Origin: Clostridia bacterium
Lineage (GTDB): Bacteria > Bacillota > Clostridia > TANB77 > CAG-508
Reading direction: 5' to 3'
Assembly: GCA_900752335.1 (NCBI GenBank)
Contig: CAADUZ010000024.1
Coordinates: forward strand, 2,200 to 66,199
Length of the DNA stretch: 64,000 bases
The translations under genes and the position numbers were made by a program. The stretch's first letter is position 1. Each line of letters begins with the position of its first letter. The notes beneath the pieces were generated by a model that saw only the letters and a list, made by a program, of their open reading frames with translations, was not told the DNA's origin and made no database searches. This document shows positions 10,435-20,050 of this stretch, piece by piece.

Positions 10435-10455
10435 AGTAAAAAACCTCCTTTTCTT

Positions 10456-10911
10456 TTAAGTATTTGAATAGGCTTCTGTAGGTCTATAGAAGCAATGATT
10501 TCCAAGCCTTGTGTGAAATGTCCCCGAACCGTTTGATGGGAATGTGCTTCCACAAGTTGGTCTAAATGGATTTAAATACCACAAGCACTCGCCTATCTCA
10601 TTTAACTTATTCCCTCCTAAAACCCAGTCTGCTATCTCATAATGTATATCTGTCGGATTCATATTATATATATTTTGTGGGTTATATGCGCCTCCCAGAG
10701 TTTCTCGTACGCAATCAAATTGTCCTTCTTGAAATACTATGTTTCGTATACTTCCCCCTTGCGAAATTCTTGAATATTCTCCTTCTGAAGCATGTACTCT
10801 ATTCATTATTACTGTTGCTATAGCCTTCATTCCATTATCCCCTTCTCCTCCTGCTTCACATTCTATAAGTCTTGCAATTAATTCTCTGTCTGAATAGCCC
10901 ATAAAAAACAC
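10456..10911 (-). CDS. cwlJ: cell wall hydrolase CwlJ/SleB family (spore cortex lytic)
   Basis: 151 aa; LIARLIECEAGGEGDNGMKAIATVIMNRV is the Hydrolase_2 (CwlJ/SleB) signature. Confidence 0.8.
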   Translation of the reverse strand: MFFMGYSDRELIARLIECEAGGEGDNGMKAIATVIMNRVHASEGEYSRISQGGSIRNIVFQEGQFDCVRETLGGAYNPQNIYNMNPTDIHYEIADWVLGGNKLNEIGECLWYLNPFRPTCGSTFPSNGSGTFHTRLGNHCFYRPTEAYSNT

Positions 10912-11165
10912 CTCATAATATTATATGAAGTGTTTTTTGCTTTGTGTGCAACTTATTTAATTAATTAGTACTACTGTTCCTAATACCAACGTGTTTAGTA
11001 GATTATCCAACGTTTTTTCTTCTCCATCTATTACTAGTTTTCTTGAGCTTAAATATAATTTCATATTTTAAATATAGCTGCGCTTAAATAAAACTTAAAA
11101 AAATCTACTAAAATTGTTTATTCTACTAGATTTTTATTTATATATATTATATAATACCTACAAAT

Positions 11166-11251
11166 GCGAGTATGCTGGAACTGGCAGACAGGCACGTTTG
11201 AGGGGCGTGTGCTTTAGGAGCGTATGGGTTCAAGTCCCATTACTCGCACCA
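11166..11251 (+). tRNA. tRNA-Leu (anticodon GAG), class II with long variable arm
   Basis: Acceptor stem GCGAGTA/TACTCGC; T-arm ATGGG-TTCAAGT-CCCAT; anticodon stem CACGT/GCGTG with loop TTGAGGG (U33, GAG, G37); long variable arm; 3' CCA encoded. Confidence 0.8.
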
Positions 11252-11262
11252 TTTTCCACATG

Positions 11263-11847
11263 TTATTTATTTTGGTTAGCTGTTTTATATGTAAGAACTT
11301 CTATGTAATCTTTTAATAAAGATTTTTTCTTGTATTTGTTTAATAAGCCTTCATATACTAATTCTTTGTTCTCTATATCTTTAAAATTTTCAGGTCTTAT
11401 CATTTTGTCTGGTAAATTCAAATCCACATTGGCTTTTTCAAGCACATATTTTACAAACTCTGCACAGTAAAAATAATTATGCATCTTTATTTCTTTTTTA
11501 AACCCTATTGCTAAAAGTCCCACAATATTAAACTTGTATTTTTTTCTATGTTCCCACATAGAATATATTGTATTTCGTATATCTACAAATTGTTGGTCTT
11601 CTACTTCTATAGAATATATGCGAGCTTTAGTTCTGAAAAATCTTTTATATGTACCTTCATTAATCTTCTCATGTACAAAGCCTCCTGAAAGTGCATTATA
11701 TGCATGCAACCTTCCAAAGCTATACATTTCTTGCAAATCCTCGTCTAAAGCTATTGATACATGTGAAAACTCGTCTTTTGTCCAATTTTTAATTATTTTT
11801 GATAATGTTGTTCCTGAATATGTTAAAACTATATATATTTTCTTCAT
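11263..11847 (-). CDS. hypothetical protein, possibly a permuted papain-like (NlpC/P60 superfamily, YiiX/DUF830-like) amidase
   Basis: 194 aa; a His in SHVSIAL precedes a Cys in YFYCAEFV, consistent with a permuted catalytic order. Weak. Confidence 0.3.
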   Translation of the reverse strand: MKKIYIVLTYSGTTLSKIIKNWTKDEFSHVSIALDEDLQEMYSFGRLHAYNALSGGFVHEKINEGTYKRFFRTKARIYSIEVEDQQFVDIRNTIYSMWEHRKKYKFNIVGLLAIGFKKEIKMHNYFYCAEFVKYVLEKANVDLNLPDKMIRPENFKDIENKELVYEGLLNKYKKKSLLKDYIEVLTYKTANQNK

Positions 11848-11957
11848 TTAAAACATCCCCTAAATTTCTATACACTTTAAATTCTACCATAATTCTATAT
11901 ATATTACAAATATTATGGTATAATATTTATAAAAATTTAAGATTTTAGGAGCTTTAT

Positions 11958-12845
11958 ATGGTTTTAAGTAAATTAATTACTAAAACAGATAATTATTTTA
12001 ATTTAAAAGAGTTATTAAAAGCATATTTTAATATATCTGATAGATTACTATTAAAATTAAAAAAGAATGGCAAAATATTAATAAATAAAATGCCATCAAA
12101 TATTAATCTTCCCGTTCATGTAGGTGATTTAGTAGAAATAGTAATAGACTTTGAAGAGGATAACTCAAATATTATTCCAGTGCAAATGGATTTAGATATA
12201 GTTTATGAAGATGAGGCTATGCTCATACTAAATAAACCTGCTGGAATACCTGTACACCCATCAATGGACCATTTTACAGATAGCTTGTCAAATGGGGTTA
12301 GATATTACTTTGACTCGATTAATTTAAAAAAGAAAATTAGACCAGTTAATAGATTAGATAAAAATACTTCTGGAATTGTAATATTTGCTAAAAATGAGTA
12401 TATCCAAGAATGTTTAGCAAGGCAAATGAAAGAAGGCAAATTTAAAAAAGAATATATTGCACTTTGTGAAGGAAATTTCGTTGACAAAAGTGGCATTATA
12501 TCAGCACCTATTGCGAGAAAACAAGATAGCATTATAGAAAGATGCGTAAGAGAAGACGGAGATATAGCAATTACTGAATATGAAGTATTATCTTACGTTA
12601 AAGCCCACAATTATTCTGTTGTAAAATGCAATTTAAAAACAGGAAGAACGCATCAAATACGTGTGCACATGAGTTACATAGGACATCCTATTCTTGGCGA
12701 TACTTTATATGGATGCTCTTCCCCATTTATAGCAAGGCAAGCACTTCACGCATATAAAGCAGAATTTATCCATCCAATAATTAAAAATTTGGTTACTTAT
12801 GCAGCGCCTATTCCAAATGATATAGATAGTTTAATTAAAACATAG
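11958..12845 (+). CDS. RluA family 23S rRNA pseudouridine synthase (RluD/RluC-like)
   Basis: 295 aa; EDEAMLILNKPAGIPVHPS, RLDKNTSGIVIFAK (catalytic Asp), HQIRVHM. Confidence 0.85.
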   Translation: MVLSKLITKTDNYFNLKELLKAYFNISDRLLLKLKKNGKILINKMPSNINLPVHVGDLVEIVIDFEEDNSNIIPVQMDLDIVYEDEAMLILNKPAGIPVHPSMDHFTDSLSNGVRYYFDSINLKKKIRPVNRLDKNTSGIVIFAKNEYIQECLARQMKEGKFKKEYIALCEGNFVDKSGIISAPIARKQDSIIERCVREDGDIAITEYEVLSYVKAHNYSVVKCNLKTGRTHQIRVHMSYIGHPILGDTLYGCSSPFIARQALHAYKAEFIHPIIKNLVTYAAPIPNDIDSLIKT

Positions 12846-12912
12846 AAAATAATAACTTGATAATTCTAGTTAAAAACACGGAAGGTATAATATATCTTCC
12901 GTGTTTTGGTAA

Positions 12913-15222
12913 TTAATATCCTAACTTTTTATATATTTTTTGTTTTATTGTAAGCACTATTGCACTAATTAATGCAAATATAACGAATATTCCAAGTTCG
13001 TTTCTTGTTATGTCCGATACGTGTAATATGCTTCTAAATAGATAAACTGCTACGAAGAAGCCTACAAATGTTGTGATAAATAAAAATGCATGTAATTTGT
13101 TAAATGGTATACAAACCTCTAACACTGCCATTATACTTACAAAACCTATTAGCAAGTACATTATTGTTACAAGTGGGCCTTCTGCTATTCCAAGTACTGG
13201 TCCCATATATGTAAGGAATATAATGTTTAGTACTATTACTATCGCAAACGGAGCTGCGTTCCTTAATACGGTATGTAAAAATACACCTTTTACCGGCTTG
13301 CTATTCGGTTCAAACGAGATAAAGAATGAAGTATATGCTTCAATTACTAAATCTATTAATGTAATTTGTATTGGTATAAATGGAAATGCTGTATTTGTTA
13401 CTATACAGAATAACGATACAAGTACCGAGTAAATCGTTTTTATAAAGAATATTCTTGCAACACTTGTAAGGTTGTTTACCACTCTTCTTCCTTCCATTAA
13501 TACGTCTTTTAATACGCTAAAATCTTGGTTAAGTAGCACTATTTGTGATACCTGTTTTGCCGCATCATTTGCTTCTGGAAGTGTAATACTTAAATCTGCT
13601 TCTCTTAATGCTATTACGTCATTTACACCATCTCCAGTCATTGCTACTTGGTGGCCTTTTGCTTGAAGTGCCTTTACAATAATACTTTTTTGTTGTGGTA
13701 ATACTCGTGCAAAAATACTATATTTATCCACTATATCAACTATTTCGGCATCAGAACTTAATGTTGATAAATCAATATATGATTCATAGTCTGCAAGACC
13801 TGCTCTTTTAGCTATTGTTGATACTGTTATAGGATTATCACCAGATATTATCTTTATATCTACGGCTTGTGTTTTAAAGTAGCCAAGCATTTCTTTTGCA
13901 TTTTTACGAAGTGGATCTGCCAAAATTATTCCTGCAACTATGGTTAAAGTTGGCAATTCTTCACCTTCTATCTCTTCTCTTGTATAACCTATAGCTAATG
14001 CTCTTTTGCCATCTTCTTGTGCTTTTAGTATACTTTCTGGAAGAGATATATTTGCTTTAGTAACTAGTCTTTCAGGAGCACCAACTATTATTGTTCCTAA
14101 ATCTTTAAATGTAACACTGCTCCACTTTCTTTCTGAAGAAAATGATATATCACTTATCTTTTCATATTTTGTTTCGCCCTTAAGATAATTTTTCAATGCT
14201 ACAAATGTTGCATTACTATCATCTGTTAAATTTACATATGAGTTCATTATATTTTCTAATGTATCTGGTAAAACTTCTTCATTATATTTTTCTATGTCTA
14301 TTACCTTCATTTTGCCTTCTGTAATAGTCCCCGTTTTGTCTAGACATAGAGTATCAATATGTGCTAGCGTTTCTACACTGTATAAATCTTGAACTAATAC
14401 TTGCTTTTTAGCAAGCTTTATTACACCAGTTTCTAGTGAAATACTAGTAAGTAGTACAAATCCTTTTGGAAGCATACCCAAAAGTGCTGCAGCTGTTGCT
14501 ATTACTGATTGTTGCAAATTCACTTCTCTAAAAATATATGCTTGTACAAATAATATTACGCCTGCTGGTATTATTACAAAGCTTGTGAAATTTGTAACTT
14601 TTTTCATTGAATTTAAAAGTTCTGAATTTACTTTTTTATGTTTTTTTGTAGCATTAATAATTTGGTTTGCAAAATTGTCGTCACCGACCTTTTCAATTTT
14701 TGCATAACATTTTCCACTTACTATATAACTTCCAGATAAAAGCTTGTCTTCCTTTTCTTTCAAAATTGTATCAGATTCGCCTGTGAGTAGTGCTTCATTT
14801 ACTTCTATCTCTCCATCTATTACATATGCATCAGATGGAATTTGATCTCCTTGAGTTAAAAGTATAATGTCATCCAATACTATTTCATTTATATTTATTT
14901 CTTGCTCTTTTCCCTCTCTTATTACTTTTGTTTTAGCTGCTGTTAAAATTGATAATTGTTTTACTAGATTCTTTCCATGTATTTCTTGTATAATGCCTAT
15001 TAAAACATTTACAATAATAATTAGAATAAATACCATATTTGTGTATGCATGCACGCACGCAAGTGCTATTGCTATTATCAAATTGAATAAGTTAAATAAA
15101 GTAAATACATTATCTCGTACAATTTGCCAATTTGATTTTAAATTATTTGTATTTGAAGTATTCACTTGCCCATTTTTTACTCTCTCTTCTACTTCTTTAT
15201 TCGTTAGTCCTTGTATATTCAT
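12913..15222 (-). CDS. cation-transporting P-type ATPase (Ca2+/Mg2+ type)
   Basis: 769 aa; TGES, phosphorylation site LCLDKTGTIT, hinge MTGDGVNDVIAL, about 10 TM helices. Confidence 0.85.
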   Translation of the reverse strand: MNIQGLTNKEVEERVKNGQVNTSNTNNLKSNWQIVRDNVFTLFNLFNLIIAIALACVHAYTNMVFILIIIVNVLIGIIQEIHGKNLVKQLSILTAAKTKVIREGKEQEININEIVLDDIILLTQGDQIPSDAYVIDGEIEVNEALLTGESDTILKEKEDKLLSGSYIVSGKCYAKIEKVGDDNFANQIINATKKHKKVNSELLNSMKKVTNFTSFVIIPAGVILFVQAYIFREVNLQQSVIATAAALLGMLPKGFVLLTSISLETGVIKLAKKQVLVQDLYSVETLAHIDTLCLDKTGTITEGKMKVIDIEKYNEEVLPDTLENIMNSYVNLTDDSNATFVALKNYLKGETKYEKISDISFSSERKWSSVTFKDLGTIIVGAPERLVTKANISLPESILKAQEDGKRALAIGYTREEIEGEELPTLTIVAGIILADPLRKNAKEMLGYFKTQAVDIKIISGDNPITVSTIAKRAGLADYESYIDLSTLSSDAEIVDIVDKYSIFARVLPQQKSIIVKALQAKGHQVAMTGDGVNDVIALREADLSITLPEANDAAKQVSQIVLLNQDFSVLKDVLMEGRRVVNNLTSVARIFFIKTIYSVLVSLFCIVTNTAFPFIPIQITLIDLVIEAYTSFFISFEPNSKPVKGVFLHTVLRNAAPFAIVIVLNIIFLTYMGPVLGIAEGPLVTIMYLLIGFVSIMAVLEVCIPFNKLHAFLFITTFVGFFVAVYLFRSILHVSDITRNELGIFVIFALISAIVLTIKQKIYKKLGY

Positions 15223-15458
15223 TTTTATATCCTTTGCGATTTATTTAGGTTTTATGTTGTACCTATAAACATGGTATATTATATAATTAAGGTGTAAATT
15301 TGACAAGTATTTTTTGAAAAATTAATGTCGTAATTATTGTTATAATTATTCTTCATAAAGATTTTTTATAATTTTTACATTTTTTACTAGACTTTTTTAT
15401 CATTTTTGTGTATGATTATATGTGTAACATAAGATTAGATTTATGGAGGGATATATAA

Positions 15459-15821
15459 ATGTCAAAAATTGTTAAAACTTTAATTTTTTTGGTTATAATA
15501 TTATTTTCTATAACAACACTTGCTTTTGCAACAGATATAGATATGAATTTAGAAAACCCAAACGAAAATCCGGTAGATGCAAATACTACAAGTAATGCCG
15601 TAGATGCCAATAGCATAGACGATACTTCTGATACTAATACAATGGAAAATCCAGAGGAATTTCAGCAAGATAGTATAAGCGGAACAGCTGCTCCATCAGG
15701 TGTTAGCAGTATTGCACAAGAAAATATGAGTTTTTCTAATATATTAAATATTTTAGTTATTACTGTAGGAGTTATTTTAATATTACTTGCTATAGCTATA
15801 CTAATTAGATTAAAATCGTAA
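15459..15821 (+). CDS. small secreted/anchored acidic protein (signal peptide plus C-terminal TM)
   Basis: 120 aa; N-terminal signal, D/N/T-rich low-complexity middle, C-terminal hydrophobic anchor. Confidence 0.4.
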   Translation: MSKIVKTLIFLVIILFSITTLAFATDIDMNLENPNENPVDANTTSNAVDANSIDDTSDTNTMENPEEFQQDSISGTAAPSGVSSIAQENMSFSNILNILVITVGVILILLAIAILIRLKS

Positions 15822-15997
15822 TTGTTAAATTTACAAATTTTTCTAAATATTGCAAATTTTAAAATCCAACTAAAAGCAGTTGGATTTTTTTATGTCTTAT
15901 TTTTTGTATAATTTATTTTAAATATGAAATAATAAAATAAGAAGCTTTTTATAAGTTTTAAAAATAAATTTTAATATAAATTATCAAGGAGGTTACT

Positions 15998-16453
15998 ATG
16001 AAAAAAAGTCTATTATTAATTTCTATTGTAGCTATATTACTTATGTGTATCTCTGTTCCAGTTTTTGCTATGGGAAATGTAGCAAATGACGTAAGAAATT
16101 TCGTTGGTGGTACAGAAAATATGATAGAAGACGCAGGAAATACAGTATCAAATGGTGTAAGAAATGGCCTTAACACTGTAGGAGAAGGAACACAAAACGT
16201 AATGAATAATATGAGAAATGGAATGAATAATGCAGAAAATTCTATGGCAGCAGGCATGACAACTGATAATGATAACGGTGGATATACAGCCACAAGAACT
16301 ACAGCTGACGAAATAACAGTGGCAGGAATGAATACAAATACTTGGTCATGGATAATCGTTGCACTTACAGCATTTGCCATCGGTATACTAATTTGGTCAT
16401 ATATGAGGCAAAGAAATAAAAACGATTTATATATAGACTCTGATGACGAATAA
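15998..16453 (+). CDS. small Asn/Gly-rich repeat protein with signal peptide and C-terminal TM anchor
   Basis: 151 aa; RBS AGGAGG; about 11-aa repeats (NTVSNGVRNG / NTVGEGTQNV / MNNMRNGMNN); C-terminal TM then acidic tail. Confidence 0.45.
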   Translation: MKKSLLLISIVAILLMCISVPVFAMGNVANDVRNFVGGTENMIEDAGNTVSNGVRNGLNTVGEGTQNVMNNMRNGMNNAENSMAAGMTTDNDNGGYTATRTTADEITVAGMNTNTWSWIIVALTAFAIGILIWSYMRQRNKNDLYIDSDDE

Positions 16454-16473
16454 TTTTATAAAGATTGTAGAAT

Positions 16474-16510
16474 AGCTGGAAAAAATAATTGCCAGCTATT
16501 TTATTATTAT
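16474..16510 (+). terminator. intrinsic terminator
   Basis: agctggaaaaaataattgccagct hairpin followed by a T-rich run. Confidence 0.5.
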
Positions 16511-16599
16511 TTTGTACATATTCTTCACTTTTAATTAATATCATGGTATAATTATTGTTGATTAATTATTAATTGTAGATATAAAATAGTGGAGGTTCT

Positions 16600-17055
16600 A
16601 TGAAAAAGATAGTAGCAACAAACCCTACAGCCCGTCATAACTATACAATAGAAGATACTTATGAAGCCGGAATCGTTTTAACAGGAACTGAAATAAAGTC
16701 GATAAAACAAGGCAAAGTAAATTTAAAAGATAGTTATGCTAATATAAAAAATGGCGAAGTATTTATATATGGTATGCATGTAAGTCCATATGAATTTGGA
16801 AATATATATAACAAAGACCCTTTAAGAACTAGAAAGCTTTTATTAAATAGAAGAGAAATAAACAAACTAACAGGATTAATAAAACAAAAAGGATTAACTT
16901 TAGTCCCTATCTCACTTTACTTTAGTGGACATTTCGTTAAAGTAGAACTTGGTGTTGGTAAAGGAAAAAAATTATATGATAAAAGGCAAGATATTGCAAA
17001 AAAAGATGCCGAACGTAGAATGCAAAAAGCAATGAGTTTAAAAAATCAAAGTTAG
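16600..17055 (+). CDS. smpB: SsrA-binding protein
   Basis: 151 aa; NRKARHNY-like start ([12 protein letters not shown]...); full SmpB length. Confidence 0.9.
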   Translation: MKKIVATNPTARHNYTIEDTYEAGIVLTGTEIKSIKQGKVNLKDSYANIKNGEVFIYGMHVSPYEFGNIYNKDPLRTRKLLLNRREINKLTGLIKQKGLTLVPISLYFSGHFVKVELGVGKGKKLYDKRQDIAKKDAERRMQKAMSLKNQS

Positions 17056-17060
17056 ATTCT

Positions 17061-17120
17061 GGAACAAGGGGACACACAATTTGTTTCAAAAATGAAACAA
17101 ATTGTGTGTCCCCTTGTTCC
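17061..17120. terminator. long perfect hairpin (28-bp stem) between convergent smpB and fba; also a member of a repeat family
   Basis: ggaacaaggggacacacaatttgtttca-aaaa-tgaaacaaattgtgtgtccccttgttcc. A related copy lies at 52784-52915. Confidence 0.6.
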
Positions 17121-17136
17121 ACCTTGTTCCAATTTT

Positions 17137-18066
17137 CTATGCTTTATTGCTTGAACCGAAGACGTCTCTTATTTTATGTTCTACTGTTTCTTTTATTAAT
17201 TCTCTTGCTGGTGTTAAGTATGCTCTTGGATCAAATTTTGAAGGTTCTTCTGTAAATACTTTTCTTATTGCTGCTGTCATTGCTAATCTTAAGTCTGTAT
17301 CTACATTTATTTTTGATACACCAGATACACTTGCTTCATGTAGCATTTCATCTGGTACACCTTTCGCTCCTGGTATATCTCCCCCATATTTATTACACAT
17401 TTCTACTAATTCTGGTATAACTGTAGATGCACCATGTAAAACTATTGGTGTGTTTGGTATTCTTTCTTTTACTTTTGCTAATATATCAAATCTTAATTTT
17501 GCTTCTCCTTTAAATTTATATGCTCCATGGCTTGTTCCAATAGCTATTGCAAGTGAGTCGCATCCTGTTCTTTCCACAAATTCCTTTGCTTGGTCTGGGT
17601 CTGTATACATTGCATCAGAAGCTGCTACGTTTACGTCATCTTCTATTCCTGCGAGTTTCCCAAGTTCTGCTTCTACTACTACGCCTTTTGAGTGTGCGTA
17701 TTCTACAACTTTCTTTGTTAAAGCTACATTTTCTTCAAAGTCGTATTTTGAACCATCTATCATAACAGATGAAAAACCGTTATCTATACACATTTTGCAT
17801 GTTTCAAAGTCTGGACCATGGTCTAGGTGTAATGCTACTGGTATATCATATTCGTCAAGTGCTGCCTCTACCATTTTTCTTAAATATCCTATTCTTGCAT
17901 ATTTTATTGCACTAGATGATGCTTGTAAAATAACTGGCGAATTTTGGCTAGCTGCTGCATCTACTATTCCTTGTATTATCTCCATGTTGTTTACGTTAAA
18001 TGCACCTATTGCAAATTTTTCTTTCATTGATTTTTCAAACATATCTTTTGTAGTTACTAATGGCAT
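17137..18066 (-). CDS. fba: class II fructose-bisphosphate aldolase
   Basis: 309 aa; MPLVTTKDMF...FAIGAFNVNNMEI matches FbaA. Confidence 0.9.
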   Translation of the reverse strand: MPLVTTKDMFEKSMKEKFAIGAFNVNNMEIIQGIVDAAASQNSPVILQASSSAIKYARIGYLRKMVEAALDEYDIPVALHLDHGPDFETCKMCIDNGFSSVMIDGSKYDFEENVALTKKVVEYAHSKGVVVEAELGKLAGIEDDVNVAASDAMYTDPDQAKEFVERTGCDSLAIAIGTSHGAYKFKGEAKLRFDILAKVKERIPNTPIVLHGASTVIPELVEMCNKYGGDIPGAKGVPDEMLHEASVSGVSKINVDTDLRLAMTAAIRKVFTEEPSKFDPRAYLTPARELIKETVEHKIRDVFGSSNKA

Positions 18067-18224
18067 AATAATTCCTCCTTTAAATATCCATTCAAATTAC
18101 AAGGTAATTATATATTAATTTGATTTTTTAATCAAGTATCTAAATTCTTAATTTTTTATTTTCAAATACATAAAGTACCCCTCACTTCCTAGTTGGAAAT
18201 GAGGGGATTTTTGAGGTTTAAGAG

Positions 18225-19640
18225 TTACCTATAAGACGTCGAAAACGATCTTACAAGACCATAGGGGCAAATCCTGAACAGATAGTCTCTTCCAAGAATT
18301 GCAACGTCCTTTGGATTAAGTTCGTCCGCAATTCTGGCGGAAAACATTTGCTTGGATTTGAGTTCTCCATGGTTTACCAGTACGAGTTTCAGGCAGTTGA
18401 ACTTTTTAAGGAAAGCCAACATTTCGTCCGCTTTTGCGTGTGCAGACATTTCGTTTGTATACTCTACGTCCGCATACTTTCTCTTTACCAGTCCTCCTGC
18501 TGTTACCACTTCTCCGTTTGGCGTGTCTTTGAGTTCACGCCCGAGAGTTCCTTCGGCTGTATACCCAGTAAACTGAATCAAGCAGCCTTCCCTTCCTATA
18601 TAGGAAGGGATATAGACCTGTGCAGGTCCATAAGTCCCCATTCCAGAGGTGGTAACAATGATTTTACAACCATTGTCTTCAAGAAGGCTTGGTCTGGATT
18701 CTTTGTCAACATACGTCAGATTTTCCGGTAAGAAATCCAACATGTCTTCTTTGATATCCAAATTCGCCCTTTTGTAGAGCTCCGTGTACCGCAACGCAAG
18801 TTTCCCATCCAGATAGATAGGAATATCTGCACTGATTTTGCCATTTTTCTGCATACACTTAAGCATATACAGAATTTCCTGGCATCTTCCAAGAGAAAAT
18901 ACCATACATACAGCAGTCTTTCCTCTCTTCATGCACGACGTAATATTGTCTTGCACTACCGGAACAATTTCCGTAGAGTCCATATATCCATAAGTGGATT
19001 CTTGAACCAACGTCAGCGGTAAATCCAGCACCCAGTCTGGAAGGTCGGGAATGTCAAAAAAGACATTCTTGTTGTTGTAGTCCCCAGTAAAAAGGATATT
19101 GATATCCTCATACCCTGGATAACTGATTTGCACCAAAATCATCGCAGCACCAATCAGATGGCCATTCTTGAAGAATGTAGCTTTAATGTTTTTGCTAACA
19201 TAAACTGGCAGCTCGTAATCGCAGCCAACTACTTTCTTCAAAGTGAGTGCAACATTGTCCTCGTTATAGAGGGGCTGCACATGGTTTCTTTTGGCGGTGT
19301 CTTTTAACACCTTGTACGAATCATATAGTGCAAGCGGCAAAAAGATTTCTGTTTGTTTTGTAGCGTATATCTTACCTCCATATCCGGTTTTGTCAAGTAA
19401 CGGTAGCCGTCCAACATGGTCTACATGATTGTGCGTAATAAGCACAAAATCAATGTTGTCGCTGTCAAACGGGAATGAACGGTTATACTCTTGGTAATCC
19501 CGCTCTTGGAATAGTCCGCAGTCAACTACGAACTTGGCGCTTTCGCCATTAGGATACTTGACAATCACAAGATTGCAAGAACCTGTCACTTCTGGTTGTA
19601 ATGCCATTATGTCAGCATAAAACCGTTCTTTTGAGCCCAT
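18225..19640 (-). CDS. MBL-fold beta-CASP family metallo-hydrolase (RNase J/CPSF-like nuclease)
   Basis: 471 aa; HNHVDHVGRLP (HxHxDH). Markedly higher GC (about 42%) and different codon usage from the flanks. Confidence 0.7.
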   Translation of the reverse strand: MGSKERFYADIMALQPEVTGSCNLVIVKYPNGESAKFVVDCGLFQERDYQEYNRSFPFDSDNIDFVLITHNHVDHVGRLPLLDKTGYGGKIYATKQTEIFLPLALYDSYKVLKDTAKRNHVQPLYNEDNVALTLKKVVGCDYELPVYVSKNIKATFFKNGHLIGAAMILVQISYPGYEDINILFTGDYNNKNVFFDIPDLPDWVLDLPLTLVQESTYGYMDSTEIVPVVQDNITSCMKRGKTAVCMVFSLGRCQEILYMLKCMQKNGKISADIPIYLDGKLALRYTELYKRANLDIKEDMLDFLPENLTYVDKESRPSLLEDNGCKIIVTTSGMGTYGPAQVYIPSYIGREGCLIQFTGYTAEGTLGRELKDTPNGEVVTAGGLVKRKYADVEYTNEMSAHAKADEMLAFLKKFNCLKLVLVNHGELKSKQMFSARIADELNPKDVAILGRDYLFRICPYGLVRSFSTSYR

Positions 19641-19768
19641 AGAATTCCTCCATCCTATAATAAAATTATTTATTTATAGCCTCAAACTATAAACATACTT
19701 ATATTATACAGCGAAATTTCTTTAGGCACAAGCTTATTTTAAGTTTTTTACCAATTTTATTAATTTTT

Positions 19769-19942
19769 TTACTGATTTTTATTATTATTCCTATAGCTGC
19801 TGCACATAGATTCGTCAGACTGCTTTGTATTGCATCCAACTATTGGAGTTACTATTATTTGCTCTAATTTACACTCTTGGCATCCTTCGTCATTATATTT
19901 ACAGCTTGTTACTGTACAATTTATTTTTTGATTTTTTTGCAT
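19769..19942 (-). CDS. small Cys-rich protein, DUF1540-like (57 aa)
   Basis: Not in the ORF track (under 60 aa). MQKNQKINCTVTSCKYNDEGCQECKLEQIIVTPIVGCNTKQSDESMCSSY… with RBS AAGGAGG; the CxVxxCxYN…C pattern matches DUF1540. Confidence 0.5.
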   Translation of the reverse strand: MQKNQKINCTVTSCKYNDEGCQECKLEQIIVTPIVGCNTKQSDESMCSSYRNNNKNQ

Positions 19943-20050
19943 AGAAAAAATAACCTCCTTTATATTAAACTTAATATTAGTATGGTTATTTTTCTTTAAA
20001 TTTATTCTTTTATGATTTTTTATTTTATATCTTTCTATAAATTTGCTGCA

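Noticed and set aside
16521-16553. Putative sigma A promoter for smpB with TG-extended -10 (tggtataat)
   Set aside because: The -10 is convincing but the -35 (ttcact) is weak. In this AT-rich DNA tataat-like hexamers occur by chance, so it is not listed as a feature.
17056-17136. Looked for ssrA (tmRNA) directly downstream of smpB, as in many Firmicutes
   Set aside because: Only a 60-bp hairpin lies between smpB and the convergent fba gene. No tRNA-like domain or resume-codon region is present.
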